DNA of 63,897 nucleotides, filler included, from Stramenopiles sp. TOSAG23-2 (taxonomy: Eukaryota), in NCBI GenBank assembly GCA_900128395.1. It is 4 parts of 4 records of this genome, joined end to end, with 100 filler letters (N's around TTAATTAATTAA, not from the genome) between each part and the next. Parts side by side here need not be neighbours in the genome. Positions count along the whole stretch, not along the records: positions 48,119 to 63,897 come from LT649695.1; 3 more parts are not named here. One strand, given 5' to 3'. Positions 56,419-63,897 of this stretch are shown piece after piece. The notes under the pieces were generated by a model, which saw only the letters and a program-made list of their open reading frames with translations, was not told the origin of the DNA and did no database searches. The position numbers were made by a program, and so were the translations under genes. The stretch's first letter is position 1, and the number at the start of each line of letters is the position of its first letter.

Positions 56419-57355
56419 CTGGTATTCTGATATTGAAAAATAAGTTTTGTCCTGATTTTGGACATTCTACGTCCAGTGTGTTTTCAATAGTGTGTCGTTA
56501 TAAATTTTAAATAGTTGCTGGTATTCTGATATTGAAAAATAAGTTTTGTCCTGATTTTGGACATTCTACGTCCAGTGTGTTTTCAATAGTGTGTCGTTAT
56601 AAATTTTAAATAGTTGGACATTTTCATGCTATTTCCATTGTATTTATTTTATCATAGCGAGTACCGTAGTCTAATATCCATAATATAGTATATAGGAAAT
56701 ATAACTAAGGACAATAAGATTATTTTCAATCTGGATTTCTATATCTGAGTTTAGTACAAACAGAATATTTGGTCATTTTCTAGCATTATATACCATTAAA
56801 TAAGTAGGGGGCTTACATATAGAGATTATAAATATGTCATTATTAATAAAATATATGAGTTTAAAAGGTTTATATATAGAGATATATTTGTATAAATTAT
56901 ATACACTAGCACAAGTATGGGTCCCAGTGGCAGACATAGGAATTTGCACAAAGTGTACTATATTTTCGTACCGGAAATTAATATCAATAACATAAATATA
57001 TGGCATTTTGATAGACTTTTTACGACTAGAATACAATCAAGTACAAATGTTCTACTTTTTAAACATTTTTATTTTAGCAAGGCAATATGCTTGACATATA
57101 TATATATATATGAAAATTCTCAAGTCCAGAATTAGAACATGGAGATACACATAGACATTGTACCGATATACATGTAAAAATACATTTATATGTATGAAAA
57201 TTGGTGTAAATGTTTAGTTTAGATATAGTTATTGAAGATATATATAATAGATTATATCGTATCTAACATATTTATAGGTTTAATACTCTTTTTTCGTAAC
57301 TGGTGGACGTAAAAAGTCCAAAATCAGGACATTTTAGCATATATCAGAATACCAG
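56419..57355. mobile_element. Non-autonomous TIR element (~940 bp) with a duplicated left end
   Basis: CTGGTATTCTGATAT...TGTCCTGATTTTGGAC...TACGTCCA at 56419 is inverted at 57304-57355; flanked by CTAT (56415-56418, 57356-57359); the left 99 bp is repeated in tandem at 56518. Confidence 0.75.
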
Positions 57356-57382
57356 CTATATCATACAAAACCACACACAACA

Positions 57383-58843
57383 TCAAGGCCCAGGAACTTG
57401 TTTACTTAATCTTTCTGCTAAATCAATATACGAAGGTGGTTTTGCTGTACTAATTCTAAAACTTGGAGAACGTCTTATAGCATTATCATTTATATAATAT
57501 TCCATTGGTGATGGTAATTTTGCAGCTCGATTGACAATTATATCAAATTCAGACATTGGATATGCCGTACTAATTCTTCCAGCACATGTACCAGGCCGTA
57601 CTGCTTCATCATTAATTATATATTTATTTGGTCCTGGCAAATTTTTACCCAACGCATGATCAGCAGATGCATATAACCACCCTTGAGAAGATCTAAAATC
57701 GTATGCAGTAGCACTTCTAGGACCAAGATATTGTAATATAGAGCCTCTAAATCGCGTTTTATCTTCCGTCGATTCGTCAACTGTTGGTGGAGGCAAATGA
57801 TGTTTTACTTTTTGTATATTTCTTGGATTTATACTTTCATATGTTCCTGGGCCTGGAACATCGGAATATTTAACTTTAAATCTAGGTTTGCGCACAAATG
57901 AAAATTTTTTCGGTGTATTAATGCTACGTTTAGATGTAAAAGATGCTGGTGCATATTCACATGTTTGGTAATTATAACCTTGGACAGGATCATAATCACC
58001 AGGACCTGGTGTGATTGGTATTGGTGATAATCTTGTATGAATATTTGATGTTGTTTGTGGACGATTTCGATTTTTTTTTCTTCGAAGTTTTTCTTTTTTC
58101 AATCGTTCCAATTTTTTCATCTCTCGCTTTTTTGCAACTGCTTCCATACGATCCTTATAACTCCTGCGCATCATGTTTTTTTCAATAATTCTATCTAATA
58201 CAGCTTGATTTTTTAATTTTATAGATTCTTTTTTTCGCTTCTTATCACGTTCAAGTGCTTCTAATTTATGTTCCTCGATGGCTTTATTTGCACGTGCATT
58301 TTTCACATTACCTAATATAATATTTTCTTGTTCTTTCCAAAAACTGTGTACTTGATTATGTGTAATTGGTGGGTTGTTTCTATTAACAGAGCCAAATGTT
58401 TTACCAGAGACTTGATTGATTACTTTGTTCAGATCACGTTGCAGTTTAGGTCTGGCAGCTGTTGTTGGGACAATTAGTTTTTCACTTTTGGATTTTTTCA
58501 TTTTATTCTTAGTTGGCGTCATCATAGGATAACCAAGGAAAGTTGTGGACCTTGTTAAATTGTAATTATTATTACGTTTCTTCGTTTTCATTTTTTTCTT
58601 GTATTTTCCCTTCTTGCCACCACCTGTACTTTTTATTTCCCTGCGTTGTCGTGATTTACTTAATACACTTCTCATATCAGCACGAAAAGTATTTGCTGTA
58701 ATTGCCCTTGGCATACTTGGAGTAGTCATTGTTTCATACAATTTTTTTCTTTCAAAAGGCATTGGTACACCACGCCTTTCAAACCCATTTGCCTTACTCA
58801 TGGCAGACATGCTACTAGATTTCTGCATGATCAACGATGACAA
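57383..58843 (-). CDS. STPGR/SHIPPO-repeat (ODF3-like) axonemal protein
   Basis: Repeated TPGPGDY, VPGPGTY, LPGPNKY, LPSPMEY, VPGP motifs. Confidence 0.8.
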   Translation of the reverse strand: MSSLIMQKSSSMSAMSKANGFERRGVPMPFERKKLYETMTTPSMPRAITANTFRADMRSVLSKSRQRREIKSTGGGKKGKYKKKMKTKKRNNNYNLTRSTTFLGYPMMTPTKNKMKKSKSEKLIVPTTAARPKLQRDLNKVINQVSGKTFGSVNRNNPPITHNQVHSFWKEQENIILGNVKNARANKAIEEHKLEALERDKKRKKESIKLKNQAVLDRIIEKNMMRRSYKDRMEAVAKKREMKKLERLKKEKLRRKKNRNRPQTTSNIHTRLSPIPITPGPGDYDPVQGYNYQTCEYAPASFTSKRSINTPKKFSFVRKPRFKVKYSDVPGPGTYESINPRNIQKVKHHLPPPTVDESTEDKTRFRGSILQYLGPRSATAYDFRSSQGWLYASADHALGKNLPGPNKYIINDEAVRPGTCAGRISTAYPMSEFDIIVNRAAKLPSPMEYYINDNAIRRSPSFRISTAKPPSYIDLAERLSKQVPGP

Positions 58844-59468
58844 TGGACAAGAAGTACTATTGTATTGGATGATGTTAGTGAGGATGATTCTATTAATTGA
58901 ACTTATTTACTATTTTTTCATAATTAATGTGATGTATAATATAGTTAATAATATATATTATATTTATACATACATGTAATCCTGGTAATAATAATATAAA
59001 TATGCATGCATATAATTGTTGTAATAATATTATTATAGTACCTGGTATAGTAATAGTACTAAATAATAACAGTAAAATATAATATTACCTGTGGTATTAT
59101 CATCAATAATAATAGTATTAACAACAACAACAAAACATACTTGATGAGACATGCAAAAAGTCTGTCGTCATGTCAATAATCCCTTAAATATTAATAGTGA
59201 TCCTCTACTACTACCTCCTTAAAAACCAGAAACCACCAAGCAAACAAGAAGAGTTGCACAACAACAATAACAACAACAATTCAAACCGCAAACAAAAAAA
59301 ACATTTACATTTTTTTTTACGGAAAAAAAAAAACAATAGCAAAACAAAACATCATTTTGAAATAATGAGACGACAGGTATATATGACATATAAGACAATT
59401 GTAATCATTATCCAGCAGATCATTATCACGACTGAAATAATATCATATTGGTATATAAATCAAAGACC

Positions 59469-60719
59469 ATGGCATCTGTAGTTGCAAATAATATTAACAA
59501 TAATGAAAATAGTAATCTTGATGTACAGTTACATAATTCAAAAAAATTCGTTTCTATGTTACAGCAAACAGCGTGGGTATTAAACAACTTAATTAAGAAC
59601 TACAACGCAAATTATAACAATGGCAAAAATAATACCAAGGTGGCAGAACAGGAAGACGACAAGGAAATAAAGCAAGAAAATAAGAAGCCCCCTTCAAATA
59701 ATATGACAAAGAAAAGCTTAATGATGCAACTGAGAAAAGTAACGTTATTAATGGAACAAATACAACTAAAAATGGAACTTGGATTACTAGTCTATAGTAA
59801 TAATAATAAAGAAGATGATGATAGCAATACTGTTAATGTGGAAAGACTGGAAGAAAAACGTAATAAAGCTGCATTAAGTCTATTTAATATGATACGTAAA
59901 AGTAATAAAATCATTGAACGTATTAAATCTAATGTAAATATTGACATAAGCTCTATGCCAGATTTAAGAAAAGCAATGCTTAAAACTGAAATAGATTGTT
60001 TAGAGGATGATTATCGTAATGAAAAATTTTCAACTGAAACTGCAATGTTTTGTTTAAAACAAGTTGTATTAAAATTAAGAGATATTGAAGAAACTTTTGA
60101 ATTTCATTCAAGACTTATTCAAGATAGAAATGCATTAATGGTACAATTTGATTGCAATGGTAATGAAATAAACAATATTGACGAAAATACTACTACTGAT
60201 ACAACAACGAAAGAATTTACAAATACAAATTTTGCATATGGATCAACACCGTTTTCAACTTTTTCATTGATATTGTCAAATCAAAAGTTTAATGCGATTT
60301 TAAAGGAAATGAAAAGGAATAAAGAGGATTTTGTTGTATTCGGCAGTTCTGCTGGGTGGTTAAATTTTTATGCATCACTTGCATTTGGTTTAAATAGTAA
60401 AGGTTTTGAAATTTTGCCATCATTAGTTAATGTTGCAAATCAAGTAAAACATGAATTAAATGTTAATGAACATGCATCAATTGATTTTTATTGTATGGAT
60501 ATGTTAAAGGCATCTTTAGAAAATACACGAATTATTATGTTGTGCTCTCAATGTTGGGATCGTTGGTTAATTGATTTAGTCCATGAAAAATTGATAAAAG
60601 AATTACAAGTTGGTGGAATTATAATTGATTATAATGATTTGTTTGCATCATCGATATTGTTAAAGAAACAAAATGATGGAAATACATCATTGTTTGAATT
60701 ATTTTTTAAAATTAAATGA
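59469..60719 (+). CDS. Class I SAM-dependent methyltransferase-like protein (DOT1-like fold)
   Basis: YGSTPF, FVVFGSSAGW, GFEIL, DML...L; N-terminal coiled coil. Confidence 0.65.
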   Translation: MASVVANNINNNENSNLDVQLHNSKKFVSMLQQTAWVLNNLIKNYNANYNNGKNNTKVAEQEDDKEIKQENKKPPSNNMTKKSLMMQLRKVTLLMEQIQLKMELGLLVYSNNNKEDDDSNTVNVERLEEKRNKAALSLFNMIRKSNKIIERIKSNVNIDISSMPDLRKAMLKTEIDCLEDDYRNEKFSTETAMFCLKQVVLKLRDIEETFEFHSRLIQDRNALMVQFDCNGNEINNIDENTTTDTTTKEFTNTNFAYGSTPFSTFSLILSNQKFNAILKEMKRNKEDFVVFGSSAGWLNFYASLAFGLNSKGFEILPSLVNVANQVKHELNVNEHASIDFYCMDMLKASLENTRIIMLCSQCWDRWLIDLVHEKLIKELQVGGIIIDYNDLFASSILLKKQNDGNTSLFELFFKIK

Positions 60720-60746
60720 TTTACACACAAGAAATAATAGTTTTAT

Positions 60747-62156
60747 TTACAACTCCAAGTGCACATCAGCTCGAGAAACATCTTCAATCGAATCAATTAA
60801 AGCTTTTCGAACTTGTTCACCAACTATACGTGCTTCTGCAACAGTATATTTATCATCCACTTCAATTTCAAGTTCAACAGTAACTTCTTGTTGAATGAAA
60901 TGAATTCGTACATGACTAACACCAGTTACAATTCCTGGACATTGTTCTGCAACTACACGATGTACATCCCGTTCTATTAAAGGTACTGGCCGCATAATTA
61001 AACTATCCGGGCCATGGCGTTCAAATTCAACATGAACTAAGACTTCCTTTACATTTTTTACATTTGTTTCTATACTCTTTGATAATCGAGATGCTGCATT
61101 ATGTGCTCCCGATACTGTTAATCTACGATCAACAATTATAGACATATCTACAGATATTTCAGCAGGTCCCAGTTTTCGTGTACGTACGTTATGGCCTGAT
61201 GTGTGCGAAATAATAAATGATTTTGTTGTTAGTTTTTTTTTGTAAGAGAAAAACGGGAGGAGAACATATATATATATATACTTACAACGTCTAATTTCTA
61301 ATTTACTTTCTAATGCTAATTCATCTACAATTTGTTCTATTTCTTGAATAATTTCTTGATTGTCTTCATTTTTATCAACTAAATCTTTCAAACTATCCCA
61401 ACCAATTAATGTTCCAGCTCGTAATATCATAAAACTAACTACTAAACCACCAATCCCATCTAAATATGAATACCCCATACTACTACCAAATAATGAGCCA
61501 AAAACTACTACAGATGATAATGCATCACTACGATGATGCCATGCATTTGCTTCTAATACTTTGCTATTAACTGTTTTTGCAATATCCATCGTTTTACGAT
61601 ATAATAATTCTTTTGATAAAATAGAACCAAATGCAACAGACATTGCAAGTGCATGTGAACCTATGTAAACATCATCATATTTTGGATCTAAATACATATC
61701 TTCCCCTAACCAAAATGGTGCAAGTACATCAACAGAATACATTGCAGTATATCCTGCTGTACCAATTAAAATACTAGAGACAGCTAAGGCACCCAATGCT
61801 TCGTACCGACCATATCCAAATGGATGCGTAGCATCTGGTGGGCGTTTGGAAAATTTTAAAGTTGTTAAAGTCACTGCATCACTAACTAAATCACTAACAC
61901 TATGTGCAGCATCAGCAATTAAACTCGCAGAGTTTACATGTAATCCAGCAAGCAATTTACCAATTCCCATAAAACCATTTACACCTACTCCCATCCAAGT
62001 AACATTAGAAGCATCATCTTTATGTTTCAATTTCAATAGTTCTTGTTCTTTATTTTCATCTTCTTGTTTTACATTATTGTTAAATGTTCTATGAAATTTT
62101 CTATTTACATATGATGCATAATTATAACATCGTTTATTTAAATACAAACGTAGCAT
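60747..62156 (-). CDS. Mitochondrial-type cation diffusion facilitator (CDF) metal transporter, one intron
   Basis: ADAAHSVSD, HPFGYGRYE, ANAWHHRSD; two C-terminal dimerisation domains; presequence-like N-terminus. Confidence 0.93.
   Translation of the reverse strand: MLRLYLNKRCYNYASYVNRKFHRTFNNNVKQEDENKEQELLKLKHKDDASNVTWMGVGVNGFMGIGKLLAGLHVNSASLIADAAHSVSDLVSDAVTLTTLKFSKRPPDATHPFGYGRYEALGALAVSSILIGTAGYTAMYSVDVLAPFWLGEDMYLDPKYDDVYIGSHALAMSVAFGSILSKELLYRKTMDIAKTVNSKVLEANAWHHRSDALSSVVVFGSLFGSSMGYSYLDGIGGLVVSFMILRAGTLIGWDSLKDLVDKNEDNQEIIQEIEQIVDELALESKLEIRRCKYIYIYVLLPFFSYKKKLTTKSFIISHTSGHNVRTRKLGPAEISVDMSIIVDRRLTVSGAHNAASRLSKSIETNVKNVKEVLVHVEFERHGPDSLIMRPVPLIERDVHRVVAEQCPGIVTGVSHVRIHFIQQEVTVELEIEVDDKYTVAEARIVGEQVRKALIDSIEDVSRADVHLEL
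61196..61285 (-). other. 90-nt spliceosomal intron (in-frame, stop-free)
   Basis: GTAAGT donor at 61285, (TA)n tract, CATCAG acceptor at 61196; removal gives ...IRRCHNVRTRKLG. Confidence 0.85.
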
Positions 62157-62587
62157 GTGTGTAGTGTATAGGGAATCGATGGAAAGAAAGAAAAAAGAAG
62201 GAAAGCGATGTGTGAGATAGTTTTGAATAGTATCAAATATATGTTCTTGTGTTCTATCAGAATTGATTTCATTGATGGTTAGTCTGACATCATTAAAGTA
62301 TTATTATTATTACTCCTGTATTTCATTTATATCATCTCATACTACAATCGATGTTTAATTTTTGCCAGTTTGGGTTGTGTTGTTGTGTTGTTGATTCATG
62401 TACAAGGAACTTTGAAATATGTACTTGGTAGTATACTATTTTGAAATCTATTAAAAAAACCCTATTAAAGAACATGAAAATAGCACATGAATGATATTTA
62501 CCACCAACTTCATCTTTATTGATCTTATACTTTACTCTGCTGTTATGAACAACAATAGAGTCAATTATTGCAGGAGTACAACATGGC

Positions 62588-63842
62588 TGATATTCCCATT
62601 TTTTGTCCTTATGCTTAAATTGCATGATGTGTGCCCCGGCTACGAATTTGTTCCACCCATAAAAACCTTTGCGTTGATATGGTTTCCCCCATGCCTTGCC
62701 TGTTTTGCCATAATCACTAATCATGTCTTTTAACCAGGATGACTTTGTCCACAGCAATTGCTACAGCAATTGCTGTTGACAATGTTTTTTTGGGGTATCC
62801 TGTATTTGTTTTAAAATATTAAATGTTTTTTCAATTAATTTGGTTATGTTCGTCTTACGCCTATCCAATTTATAACCTGAGTCCATTTGCTTATTCATAT
62901 ATATATTTAAAAGTCTTTTGCTGAGTGTGAAAGTAACATCTCATTAGATACAATATGCTGTCAGTTTTAAATACCTCATATTAATATCACCCCAAATAGA
63001 CTGTTTTGCTCTTAATAATTGTTGCAGTAATTGTTCCTTCTTTTGTTTTCTTCCTTTCCAATGACATACATGTTTTTAAGTTCTATATAAATCCTACATT
63101 ATCAGCTAGTAGGTTTGGGATTCCATTATAATTATAATCCATTTCAAGTGCTACAGATTTCACAGATATGATTATAATGTCTTTTTTCATATCTATATGG
63201 CATTTTTTACCTGCACTTTCATAACTGATATCTCTATATCTAAAACACTTATGCCAATAGAATATGCAAACAATTTAAGACTTTTTTTGTATAGAAACGC
63301 CCAGAAAAATGACAATGAATTTATTGCTGATGTGAAAAATAAAGTACATGAAGCAAAAGAGCAACTAACAGAAGTGAAGAAAACAAAAGAAGGAACAATT
63401 ACTGCAACAATTATTAAGAGCAAAACAGTCTATTTGGGGTGATATTAATATGAGGTATTTAAAACTGACAGCATATTGTATCTAATGAGATGTTACTTTC
63501 ACACTCAGCAAAAGACTTTTAAATATATATATGAATAAGCAAATGGACTCAGGTTATAAATTGGATAGGCGTAAGACGAACATAACCAAATTAATTGAAA
63601 AAACATTTAATATTTTAAAACAAATACAGGATACCCCAAAAAAAACATTGTCAACAGCAATTGCTGTAGCAATTGCTGTGGACAAAGTCATCATGGTTAA
63701 AAGACATGATTAGTGATTATGGCAAAACAGGCAAGGCATGGGGGAAACCATATCAACGCAAAGGTTTTTATGGGTGGAACAAATTCGTAGCCGGGGCACA
63801 CATCATGCAATTTAAGCATAAGGACAAAAAATGGGAATATCA
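62588..63842. repeat. ~466-bp inverted duplication (62588-63053 / 63376-63842) of degenerate coding-like sequence
   Basis: The same peptide LWTKSSWLKDMISDYGKTGKAWGKPYQRKGFYGWNKF is encoded on both strands; one SNP and one homopolymer indel seen between arms. Confidence 0.92.
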
Positions 63843-63897
63843 TTATAACATCGTTTATTTAAATACAATCGTAGCATGTGTGTAGTGTAGGGAATCG

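Noticed and set aside
1-63897. rRNA, tRNA or alternative genetic code
   Set aside because: No cloverleaf or rRNA-like segment recognised; conserved genes read through in the standard code and end in TAA, TAG or TGA

Overview
This window is four unrelated eukaryotic contigs (1-15991, 16092-32029, 32130-48018, 48119-63897; 15991/15938/15889/15779 bp, in descending size order). They are joined by 100-bp N-spacers carrying the all-frame stop linker TTAATTAATTAA, so adjacency across spacers means nothing. The DNA is very AT-rich, intron-poor, uses the standard code, and has Asn-rich proteins. The gene set (bHLH-PAS, DUF1800-DUF1501 fusion, STPGR/SHIPPO flagellar protein, no plastid genes) suggests a flagellated protist, possibly a heterotrophic stramenopile MAG/SAG (inference only). 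Housekeeping genes include URB1, ATP12, a BSD protein, ZIP and CDF transporters, a papain-like protease and a RING-H2 protein. The most interesting items are: (1) a ~2.9-kb unit bounded by two long fold-back hairpins that share a core motif, one T-shaped with G-T wobbles, enclosing two tightly spaced orphan ORFs; (2) a divergent pair of a rhodanese-persulfide dioxygenase fusion and a YeeE/YedE sulfur transporter, resembling a bacterial sulfur-detox operon in a eukaryote; (3) a TIR-coiled coil-non-RD kinase-LRR immune-like protein with recent repeat duplication; (4) a divergent pair of an AsaB/CmcJ-like oxidoreductase (-SKL) and a P450 (-SNL); (5) a WW-TM-DUF1800-DUF1501 giant fusion; (6) a ~60-bp dispersed motif in 3' gene flanks on three contigs, plus non-autonomous TIR elements.
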